A DNA stretch of 45,470 nt from NCBI GenBank assembly GCA_046758505.1, contig JBHIAH010000016.1, forward strand, positions 1-45,470, given 5' to 3'. The notes beneath the pieces were generated by a model. It was not told where the DNA came from. It did no database searches and was given only the letters and a program-made list of their open reading frames with translations. A program made the translations under genes and the position numbers. This DNA comes from Candidatus Methylomirabilales bacterium (GTDB lineage: Bacteria; Methylomirabilota; Methylomirabilia; Methylomirabilales; CSP1-5). Shown one piece after another: positions 1 to 8,114 of this stretch (within the stretch, counting starts at the first letter, position 1; every line of letters begins with the position of its first letter).

Positions 1-721
1 CCACCATCACCGGGTCATCCTTTCCGACGTATTTGCCGGCGATCAGGCTGAGCTTTTGGGTGGAGGCTGCTGCGGCGATCTCTCCATCGCTCCGGCGCCG
101 CACTTCGGTGATCATGAACTGGTTGGAAGCCCCCAGAAAGACGAGGAGATCGTACAATTCCTCCGGACAGCTCAGGACGATGGTGGCATCCTTCTTGGCG
201 TCCAAGACCGTGAACTGAAATCCCTCGTGCATCTTCGGGTCGATGATGAGCCCGGCGGTCGTGAAGGGGTCGGCGAATATCCGGTACAGGGGAAAATTCC
301 AGGCCCCCGGAGAGCATTTATCCCCCATGAAGACCACGACCGGCTCGCTGGTCCGCTCCACGAACTCCATCTCTGCCACTCCCGGGCCCATCCCCTTGAC
401 GTTCCCGGAAAAGGCGTCGGCGAGGAGATCCTGGCCGGCCCCGTACAGGTGAAGCCGCTTGGCCACGGTTGTGCAGGCCATGAAGGTATCCCACGACAGG
501 CGATGGATCACCTCGGCGTCCACCCCGTGCCGGTGGGTGATGACGAGGTCAATGTCATCCCCACACCGGGCCACATGATAATCGATGATCGTCTTCTTGT
601 TCTTGGCGGCCTCGAGCGATTCGCCGGCCTTCTGGAGGAGCTCGGGGTGGACCCGGTTGTGGCCGGTGTAGCTCCCCACGTCGGCCTTGATGACGCTTAG
701 GGTGAGCTTTTGGCTGGGCAT
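1..721 (-). CDS. fbp: Fructose-1,6-bisphosphate aldolase/phosphatase (class V FBPase), 3' end runs off the window
   Basis: Not in the ORF track. Manual translation from ATG 721 gives MPSQKLTLSVIKADVGSYTGH...CGDD...LYGAGQDLLADAFSGNVKGMGPG...DKCSPGAWN...FADPF...KYVGKDDP, the signature motifs of FBP aldolase/phosphatase. AAAGGAGG RBS upstream. Confidence 0.95.
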   Translation of the reverse strand, partial: MPSQKLTLSVIKADVGSYTGHNRVHPELLQKAGESLEAAKNKKTIIDYHVARCGDDIDLVITHRHGVDAEVIHRLSWDTFMACTTVAKRLHLYGAGQDLLADAFSGNVKGMGPGVAEMEFVERTSEPVVVFMGDKCSPGAWNFPLYRIFADPFTTAGLIIDPKMHEGFQFTVLDAKKDATIVLSCPEELYDLLVFLGASNQFMITEVRRRSDGEIAAAASTQKLSLIAGKYVGKDDPVMV

Positions 722-829
722 GATCGGCATCCCTCCTTTCCAAAGCCGCGCATCTGCCTGGATCACGTGATGAGCAAGGACGATAACAATGTGCGGGATG
801 GGACTCCTGCCTTACGTCCGAAGGCCTAT

Positions 830-858
830 ACTATACGTCAAAACGATTGGCAGGTAAA
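830..858 (-). promoter_or_regulatory. Possible sigma-70 promoter of fbp
   Basis: TTTACC-17 nt-TATAGT on the minus strand, about 110 nt upstream of the ATG. Confidence 0.45.
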
Positions 859-963
859 GGAAAAAAGAACTTGCCAGCACAGGTCCGCGGGTGGGTTGTG
901 AGCGAAATGGCCTCGGTTTCGGGAGGTCGAGGCGGATGAGGAGCGCTCGTGAGACGGGGCGAC

Positions 964-1665
964 CTACGGAGTATCCACCGTGGAGGCCTCCGCCGAGAGG
1001 CGATCCACGAGGGTGCGGATCGCGGTAGCCTCTGATGGGTTGAGGTCGAGGAAACATACTCCCATCCCGGTGATGGCAGGCGGGTCCGTCTCCTGACCGG
1101 ACACCCATGCGACCTGCCCGCGAACCGAGAGAGGATCGGACAGGCCCGGGAGCGTGAAGTGGAGTGCGAGCTCTGTCCCGGCCGCCGCTGGGCGGTCGGT
1201 CACGATAAACATCCCCCCCTCACTCAGGTTGAGACACGTCCCATGCGCCGTCGTCCCCGCCTGCCTGTATTCGACGTCGATTTGAACGGGGGTCCGGGTA
1301 TGGACCCGCCTTTTGGGCTGAGAGACCCATTGCCGGACCAGGGACGGGTCGACCGACTCCTCGAAGGCGACTCCGTGTGGAAACCTGGTCCCCAGGCCGG
1401 TCGGCGTCCCGTCGCCAACCGAAACAACGTGGCCGCGCAGCGGATTACTCCCATTGACCTCGAGCGATACCGGCGTCTCGACCGGCAGGGCCTCGGGCAG
1501 CAGGATCTCGAGTCCACCGGCGTTCACGTTCCGAGTCACCCCGTCAAGGAGCTGCGGCTGCGCCTGCTCCGGACTCAGGACGGTGCACTGGACGGGCAGG
1601 TAGCGGGCAAATCGGAGGTGGCGGCGGTAGTGGAGAGTCGGTGTTTTTGGGTCGGCAGCCATCAT
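964..1665 (-). CDS. Tandem PilZ-domain protein (c-di-GMP receptor)
   Basis: Two RxxxR plus (D/N)xSxxG-type motif sets: RRHLR/NVNAGG and RRVHTR/NLSEGG. CCGGAGG RBS. Confidence 0.9.
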   Translation of the reverse strand: MMAADPKTPTLHYRRHLRFARYLPVQCTVLSPEQAQPQLLDGVTRNVNAGGLEILLPEALPVETPVSLEVNGSNPLRGHVVSVGDGTPTGLGTRFPHGVAFEESVDPSLVRQWVSQPKRRVHTRTPVQIDVEYRQAGTTAHGTCLNLSEGGMFIVTDRPAAAGTELALHFTLPGLSDPLSVRGQVAWVSGQETDPPAITGMGVCFLDLNPSEATAIRTLVDRLSAEASTVDTP

Positions 1666-1700
1666 TCGCCTCCGGTACGAAACGCATCAGGCAGGATTTT

Positions 1701-1716
1701 AGCAAGATCCATGCCA
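1701..1716 (-). promoter_or_regulatory. Sigma-54 promoter
   Basis: TGGCATGGATCTTGCT, GG-N10-GC spacing, 35 nt upstream of the PilZ gene. Confidence 0.85.
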
Positions 1717-1899
1717 CCATGGGCCATGGAGAGGAATGCTGGGAAAAGAGGATCACGTCACCGGACGGGAGGGGTCCCATCTTGCGGGGGGGGAGGCGGC
1801 AGAGGCCCCCGTAAGGGTGCTTAAAACTTGGCTTTTTGGCGACGTCAGGGGATGGAGTTACCCGCTATGGGGGGAGGGAGTGCCGTGACAATCCTCCCC

Positions 1900-2490
1900 C
1901 TACCGGGAGGCCACGACGAAGTGACCCCGGCGGTTCCATTTCCAGGTGGACTCGTCGTGTCCAAGGAGAAAGGGCCGCTCCTCCCCATAGCTGATCGTCG
2001 AGATCCGCTTGATATCAATGCCGCCGGCGACCAGGTAGTCCCGGACCGCCCTGGCCCGCTGTTCCCCCAGCGCAAGGTTGTACTCGTTCGCCCCGCGCTC
2101 ATCGCAGTGGCCCTCGATCACGATACGAATTCGGGGATTGGCCTTGAGCCACCGGATGTTGCCGTTCAGGGTTCTCTTTGCAGCCTCGGTGAGGACGGCC
2201 TTGTCGAAGTCGAAGAAGACATCCTTTAAGGGAGACGCCTTTGTGAGCGCCCCCCCCGGGCCGGTTCTCGGCCGTGCTCCGGGCCCAGGCGTCACCGGGA
2301 TCTCCCGGATCGGTGTCGGCTGGCCGATTTTCTCCTCGACCACTTTCCCTTCCGGCTGCGGTGCCCCCCCCGGGCCCGTCGCCCCCGGCTTTCCCGCCTG
2401 CCCTCCCGGCTTTTTCGGGCAGCCGACCAGGATCAGTGATGTCCCCAAGAGGATGGCTGCAGCCCTCAGATGGACACACCGGTGCTTCAT
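1900..2490 (-). CDS. pal: Peptidoglycan-associated lipoprotein Pal (OmpA C-like domain)
   Basis: Lipobox LVGC; FFDFD, EGHCDERG, YNLALGEQRA, ISYGEERP and NRR motifs. Confidence 0.92.
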   Translation of the reverse strand: MKHRCVHLRAAAILLGTSLILVGCPKKPGGQAGKPGATGPGGAPQPEGKVVEEKIGQPTPIREIPVTPGPGARPRTGPGGALTKASPLKDVFFDFDKAVLTEAAKRTLNGNIRWLKANPRIRIVIEGHCDERGANEYNLALGEQRARAVRDYLVAGGIDIKRISTISYGEERPFLLGHDESTWKWNRRGHFVVASR

Positions 2491-2677
2491 GGGATTTCCC
2501 CCCCCTTCCCGTCAACCCACGGGTCCGTGATTTAGCGACCCCTTCCGCCACTATCTCGCTTTCGACGTACGAGTCAAGTCAATTTTCCCTGCGGCGGGTG
2601 GCGTTGTTTTTCTCTATCTCCATCCATTGCCATGCCTCCGTTGCTCTAATTCGAGGGGGCCTCGCATAACTCATCGC

Positions 2678-2706
2678 TTGACTTCTTCGAGGGCCTCTTC
2701 TATACT
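2678..2706 (+). promoter_or_regulatory. Near-consensus sigma-70 promoter of glpX-hisS-aspS
   Basis: TTGACT-17 nt-TATACT. Confidence 0.8.
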
Positions 2707-2764
2707 TTTTCCCCGCTTTAACTGCAGAAGGAATCACGCTTTTACGGCGCTCGGGAGGTTCTGG

Positions 2765-3721
2765 ATGGAGCGGAATCTGGCCCTCGAGGTGGTTCGGGTG
2801 GCTGAAGCCGCCGCGCTCTCGTCCGCACGATGGATGGGGCGGGGTAATGACGCGCTGGCGGAGCAGACCGCCCTGGATGCCATGCGCCGGGCCATTGATA
2901 CGGTAAATTTCTCTGGAACCGTGGTGATCGGGCGGGGAGAGAAAGGGGAGACCTCCACCCTGTATGTGGGTGAGCAGGTCGGTTCCGGCTCCGGGCCCGA
3001 ACTGGATGTGGCGGTGGAACCGCTCGAAGGGCCGTCCATCGTGGCCGAGGGGCGGGCGAACGCGGTCGCCGCGGTCGCCCTGGCGGAGAAGGGGTGTCTC
3101 TTTCCTGCCCCGGACGTGTACATGGAGAAGATCGCGGTCGGGCCCAGGGCGCTGGGGGCCATTGAAATCACCGCCGGGCCGGAGGCGAACCTCCGCTCCA
3201 TCGCGGAGACGATGAAGTGTTACGTGGAAGATCTCACCGTGGTCATCCTCGACCGACCCCGTCACGGTGAGCTCATCCGGGCGGTCCGCGAGTTGGGGGC
3301 GCGGATCAAGCTGATTCAGGATGGCGACCTCTCGGCGGCCATTGCCGCCGCGCTCGAGGGTTCGGGTGTGGATGTCCTCATGGGGATCGGGCGGGCACCG
3401 GAAGGGGTCCTGGCGGCGGCGGCCCTGAGATGCCTGGGTGGCGACATGCAGGCCCAATTTCGACCGGCGAATGTGGATGATGTCGAGCGTATCCGTCGGA
3501 CCGGCCTGAAGGAGATCGACCGCGTCCTCACCATTACTGATCTCGCCCGGGGGGGAGGGGTCACGTTCACCGCGACCGGCGTCACCGATGGCGATTTCCT
3601 GAAAGGGGTCCGGTTTTTCGGCGGTGGAGCAAAGACCCACTCCCTGGTGATGCGTTTCAGGTCGGGAACGGTCCGGTTCATCGAGGCCATCCACCGCTTT
3701 GACCGTAATCCCATCTATTAA
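2765..3721 (+). CDS. glpX: Class II fructose-1,6-bisphosphatase (GlpX) homologue with a degenerate active site
   Basis: MERNLALEVVRVAEAAAL start after GGAGG; PDVYM, DRPRH, DGD, APEG and TGVTDG motifs retained; catalytic motifs altered (see findings). Confidence 0.92.
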   Translation: MERNLALEVVRVAEAAALSSARWMGRGNDALAEQTALDAMRRAIDTVNFSGTVVIGRGEKGETSTLYVGEQVGSGSGPELDVAVEPLEGPSIVAEGRANAVAAVALAEKGCLFPAPDVYMEKIAVGPRALGAIEITAGPEANLRSIAETMKCYVEDLTVVILDRPRHGELIRAVRELGARIKLIQDGDLSAAIAAALEGSGVDVLMGIGRAPEGVLAAAALRCLGGDMQAQFRPANVDDVERIRRTGLKEIDRVLTITDLARGGGVTFTATGVTDGDFLKGVRFFGGGAKTHSLVMRFRSGTVRFIEAIHRFDRNPIY

Positions 3722-3817
3722 GCCTTCCCCGTTTACCTCGTCCCCGGCGTGTGCGGATCCCTTCCCGTTCCAGCGTGGTGGAATACGGGGAGCGTGCAGA
3801 CGGCCCGAGGAGAGTGG

Positions 3818-5092
3818 ATGCAGGAGAGCCAATCCGTGATCAGGGGGGTCCGGGGCGCCGCCGACATTCTGCCCGACGAGGTCGGTCGCTGGCAACGTGT
3901 GGAGGCCCAGGCCCGGCGGATCTTGGAGAACTATGCGTACCAGGAAATCCGGACGCCCATCTTCGAGCGGACCGAACTTTTTGTCCGGGGGATCGGGGAG
4001 GGGACCGACATCGTGGACAAACAGATGTACACCTTCCAGGACAGGGGGCACGAGAGCCTCACCCTGCGCCCGGAGGGCACTGCTCCCGTGATCCGCTCGT
4101 ACCTCGAACACCGACTGTTCACCGGAGGGGGGCTCTGCAAGGTGTATTACATTGGCCCGATGTTCCGCCATGAACGGCCTCAGGCGGGCCGGTTCCGGCA
4201 ATTTCACCAGATCGGGGCCGAGGCCCTCGGAGTGGGGGACCCGGCCCTCGACGCCGAGGTGCTCGACGTCCTCGCGCATCTGTTCGATACCGTGGGCGTC
4301 GAGGGGTGGCAACTCCACCTCAACAGTATCGGCGATGAGGCATGCCGCCCGGCTTTCCGCGAACGGTTCGCCCTCTATATGCGGGGCAGGAAAGAGCACC
4401 TGTGTCCGGATTGTCTCGGGCGTCTCGAGCGGAATCCCCTTCGGATCCTGGATTGCAAAGTGGAGGGATGCCGGAACCTTGTCGCCGAAGCCCCCCACCC
4501 CCTCGAATCGCTGTGTCGGGATTGCGAAGCGCATTTCCAGCGACTGCAGGACCTATTGCGGCTCCTCACGATCGACTATAGCATCAATATACACCTGGTT
4601 CGCGGCCTCGATTATTACACCCGGACCACCTTTGAATTCGTAAACCCGTCCCTGGGAGCGCAAAATGCCATCGCCGGCGGGGGGAGGTATGACCTCTTGG
4701 TGAAAGAGATGGGGGGGCCCCCGACGCCCGGGATCGGCTTTGCCGTCGGCATGGAGCGTCTGCTGATCTCCCTCCCGCCGGCGTCTCCGGAGGAGGCGAG
4801 GGAGGGTGTCTTCGCGGCGACCTTGGGGGAGGAGGCGTTTCAACTGGGCCTTCGGATCGTCCGTGAGTTCCGCCGGCAGGGGGTCCGGGCCTCCGTGGAT
4901 CTGGAAGGGCGCTCCCTGAAGGGCCAGATGCGTCTCGCCCACAAGGAACGATACCGCTACACGCTTATCCTCGGTGATGAGGAGCTCAAGGCGGAGATGG
5001 CCACGGTCAAAGACATGGCCCAGGGAGGACAGGAGCAGGTTCCCCTGCGGGAAGTGGTGGATCGGTTGAGGGGGTTGATGAAGGACGCATGA
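3818..5092 (+). CDS. hisS: Histidine--tRNA ligase
   Basis: LRPEGTA, FRHERPQAGRFRQFHQ, LVRGLDYY and GGGRYD motifs. Confidence 0.98.
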   Translation: MQESQSVIRGVRGAADILPDEVGRWQRVEAQARRILENYAYQEIRTPIFERTELFVRGIGEGTDIVDKQMYTFQDRGHESLTLRPEGTAPVIRSYLEHRLFTGGGLCKVYYIGPMFRHERPQAGRFRQFHQIGAEALGVGDPALDAEVLDVLAHLFDTVGVEGWQLHLNSIGDEACRPAFRERFALYMRGRKEHLCPDCLGRLERNPLRILDCKVEGCRNLVAEAPHPLESLCRDCEAHFQRLQDLLRLLTIDYSINIHLVRGLDYYTRTTFEFVNPSLGAQNAIAGGGRYDLLVKEMGGPPTPGIGFAVGMERLLISLPPASPEEAREGVFAATLGEEAFQLGLRIVREFRRQGVRASVDLEGRSLKGQMRLAHKERYRYTLILGDEELKAEMATVKDMAQGGQEQVPLREVVDRLRGLMKDA

Positions 5093-6852
5093 CACGAAGC
5101 TGCTACTGCGGAGAGGTGACGGCGGAATGGGTGGGGGAGACCGTCACGGTGATGGGCTGGGTCCACCGGAGGCGGGACCACGGGGGTCTCATCTTTGTGG
5201 ATCTTCGGGACCGGGAGGGGATTGTCCAGATCCTTTTCGGCCCGGAGCATGGGCGTGACGCCTATGAGACCGCCAAACGGATTCGGTCGGAGTATGTGGT
5301 CGCCGTAACGGGCAAGGTCCGCCGGCGTCCCCCCGGGACCGAAAACGTCGACCTGAAGACCGGGGAGGTGGAGGTTCGGGCTGTCGACACGGCGATCCTG
5401 AATGAGGCCAGGACCCCGGTTTTCCCGCTGGACGAGGATCGGCCGATCAGCGAGGAGCTTCGCCTCACCTATCGGTATCTGGACCTGCGCCGTCCGCCGG
5501 TCCAGGGAAACCTCCGGGTCCGGCACCAGATGTACCAGGTGGTCCGGGCCTTCTTCGACCGGCACGGCTTCATCGAGGTGGAGACCCCGGTCCTCACCCG
5601 GAGCACCCCGGAGGGGGCTAGGGACTACCTGGTCCCGGCCCGGCTCTACCCCGGCCAGTTCTTTGCGCTCCCCCAGTCTCCCCAGCTCTTCAAACAGCTC
5701 CTGATGGTGGCGGGCCTCGACCGGTATTTCCAGATCGTCAAGTGTTTCCGCGATGAAGACCTGCGGGCCGACCGGCAGCCAGAGTTTACCCAGATTGACG
5801 TGGAGATGTCTTTTGTGGACCGGGACGACGTCTTGGTCCTCATGGAAGAGCTCATTGTCGCTCTCTTTCGCGAAGTGAAGGGGGTGGAGCTCGACCGGCC
5901 CTTTCCCCGCTTGCCCTACCAGGAGGCGGTGGCAACCTACGGTCTCGATAACCCGGATAGCCGATTCGAGATGTTCCTCGTGGATATTAGCGACCTGTGC
6001 CGGGGGACAACCTTCCGCCCTTTTGCGGAAGCCCTCGCCGGGGGGGGACAGGTCAAGGGGGTCAAGGCGAAGGGGAAGGCCGAGGCGTTCTCCCGGAAGG
6101 TGATCGACGACCTCACCGAATTTGTGAAGGGCCTCGGTGCCAAGGGTCTCACCCCTTTTCGAATGACGAAAGAGGGGGTCCAGTCTCCGGTGGCGAAGTT
6201 TCTTGATCCTGACGCCGTCCGGGGGATTGCCCGCCGCTTCGAACTCGAGGACGGGGACGTGGTTCTCGTGATCGCCGACAGCCCGATGGCGGTGGCGGAG
6301 ATCCTCGGTCGCCTTCGGGTGAAGATGGGACAGGAGCTGGGCCTGATCGAGGAGACCCTCATCCGCCCGCTCTGGGTCGTCGATTTTCCCCTCTTGGAGT
6401 ATAGCGAGGAGGAGCAGCGGCACGTGGCGGTTCACCACCCCTTCACCGCCCCCCTCGATGAGGACCTGTCCCTCTTAGAGCACGCCCCCGAGAAGATGCG
6501 GGCCAAGGCGTACGACCTCGTCATCAACGGGCAGGAGGTAGCGGGGGGGAGCATCCGAATCCATCACCGAGCGGTGCAGTCCAGAATGTTTGGCATCCTG
6601 GGCCTTTCCGAGGCCGAGGCAAAGGAGAAATTCGGCTTCCTCCTCGAGGCCCTCGAGTTCGGCACACCACCGCACGGCGGGATTGCATTTGGGTTCGACC
6701 GCCTCGTCATGCTGCTCACGGGGGCCGAGTCGATTCGCGAGGTGATCGCCTTTCCCAAGACGCAGCGGGCCCAGTGTCTCATGACCAGCGCCCCGGCGGT
6801 CGTGGACCCCGGACAGCTCAAGGACCTCCATCTCAAACTGGATGTTCGCTAA
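5089..6852 (+). CDS. aspS: Aspartate--tRNA ligase, probably non-discriminating
   Basis: RRRDHGG, STPEGARDY, LPQSPQLFKQ, DRQPEFTQID and PPHGG motifs; ATGA overlap with hisS. Confidence 0.98.
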   Translation: MTRSCYCGEVTAEWVGETVTVMGWVHRRRDHGGLIFVDLRDREGIVQILFGPEHGRDAYETAKRIRSEYVVAVTGKVRRRPPGTENVDLKTGEVEVRAVDTAILNEARTPVFPLDEDRPISEELRLTYRYLDLRRPPVQGNLRVRHQMYQVVRAFFDRHGFIEVETPVLTRSTPEGARDYLVPARLYPGQFFALPQSPQLFKQLLMVAGLDRYFQIVKCFRDEDLRADRQPEFTQIDVEMSFVDRDDVLVLMEELIVALFREVKGVELDRPFPRLPYQEAVATYGLDNPDSRFEMFLVDISDLCRGTTFRPFAEALAGGGQVKGVKAKGKAEAFSRKVIDDLTEFVKGLGAKGLTPFRMTKEGVQSPVAKFLDPDAVRGIARRFELEDGDVVLVIADSPMAVAEILGRLRVKMGQELGLIEETLIRPLWVVDFPLLEYSEEEQRHVAVHHPFTAPLDEDLSLLEHAPEKMRAKAYDLVINGQEVAGGSIRIHHRAVQSRMFGILGLSEAEAKEKFGFLLEALEFGTPPHGGIAFGFDRLVMLLTGAESIREVIAFPKTQRAQCLMTSAPAVVDPGQLKDLHLKLDVR

Positions 6853-6890
6853 CTTCTTGAAATTTCTGCCCAAACGTAGCGCTTTTTCAG

Positions 6891-6920
6891 TTGACAGTGG
6901 GAGGAGGGGGGAAGTAGCAT
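6891..6920 (+). promoter_or_regulatory. Possible sigma-70 promoter of the phoH operon, followed by a GC hairpin at 6932-6955
   Basis: TTGACA-18 nt-TAGCAT; hairpin AGGGGACGG-tacggg-CCGTCCCCT. Confidence 0.55.
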
Positions 6921-6990
6921 TTGACACAGGCAGGGGACGGTACGGGCCGTCCCCTCATTTCTCTCAGGAGGGGGAAGCATTCGAGAACAC

Positions 6991-8022
6991 ATGAAAGGCG
7001 ACCGTGCACCGGTGCGAAGGCAGATCCCGCTCCCGTCCGGATCGAAGATCCAGGCCCTGTTCGGTCTGAACGACGAGCACATACGGATGGTGGAGGATTG
7101 TCTCCACATCCGGTTGGTCGCCCGGAATGGGCTCTTGACGATTAGTGGGGACACGGAACAGGTCGACATCGCCGAGCGGGTGATTGCCGAACTGACCACG
7201 CTCCTGGAAGGGGGACGGACCATCGGAAGCCGCGACGTAAAGTTGGCTCTTCGGCACGTCTCCCGGGAGGAGGACGCAACCTTCCGGAAGATCCAGAAGG
7301 AGGTGATCGAGGTCTCTTCCAAGAAGAGGCCGATCCGGCCCAAGAGCCTCGGGCAGCAGCATTACATCGACGCCATCCGGACCTTCGACATCGTGTTTGG
7401 CATTGGACCGGCGGGAACCGGGAAGACCTACCTGGCGATGGCGATGGCGGTCTCGGCGCATCTGAGGCGACAGGTGAGTCGGATCATCCTGACCCGTCCG
7501 GCGGTCGAGGCGGGGGAGCGGCTCGGATTTCTTCCCGGGACCCTCTACGAGAAGATCCATCCGTACCTCCGTCCCCTCTATGATGCGCTGTACGACATGC
7601 TCGAGACGGAGCGAGCGAACCGGCTGATCGAAATGGGCGTCATCGAAATTGCGCCCCTCGCATTCATGAGGGGACGGACCCTCAATGATGCCTTCATCAT
7701 CCTCGACGAGGCGCAGAACACCACATCCGAGCAGATGAAGATGTTTCTCACCCGGCTCGGGTTCAGCTCGAAAGCGGTGATCACCGGCGATATCACCCAG
7801 GTGGACCTTCCCCCCGGAAAGATTTCGGGACTCATCGAGGTGCGTTCGGTTTTGAAGGATGTCCAGGGGATCGATTTCGTCTACCTTGGCGAGGAGGATG
7901 TTGTTCGTCACGAGTTGGTCCAGCAGATCATTCGTGCCTATGAGCAGCGCCAGACCTCACCTCCCTCTTCGGAAGACCCCAAGTGGCACGAGGAGACCCT
8001 GGGGACGGCCCGGGGGGACTGA
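6991..8022 (+). CDS. phoH: PhoH-family ATPase (YbeZ-like)
   Basis: GPAGTGKT, RPAVEAGERLGFLPG, RGRTL and DEAQN motifs. Confidence 0.95.
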   Translation: MKGDRAPVRRQIPLPSGSKIQALFGLNDEHIRMVEDCLHIRLVARNGLLTISGDTEQVDIAERVIAELTTLLEGGRTIGSRDVKLALRHVSREEDATFRKIQKEVIEVSSKKRPIRPKSLGQQHYIDAIRTFDIVFGIGPAGTGKTYLAMAMAVSAHLRRQVSRIILTRPAVEAGERLGFLPGTLYEKIHPYLRPLYDALYDMLETERANRLIEMGVIEIAPLAFMRGRTLNDAFIILDEAQNTTSEQMKMFLTRLGFSSKAVITGDITQVDLPPGKISGLIEVRSVLKDVQGIDFVYLGEEDVVRHELVQQIIRAYEQRQTSPPSSEDPKWHEETLGTARGD

Positions 8023-8114
8023 GGCGTCGGTTGCGAGTCCACCCTGTGATCTTCCATCCGGTGATGTGTCCTCGCGCTTCATCTCGTGCGGCTGTTGTTG
8101 GCAGTGAGGAATGG

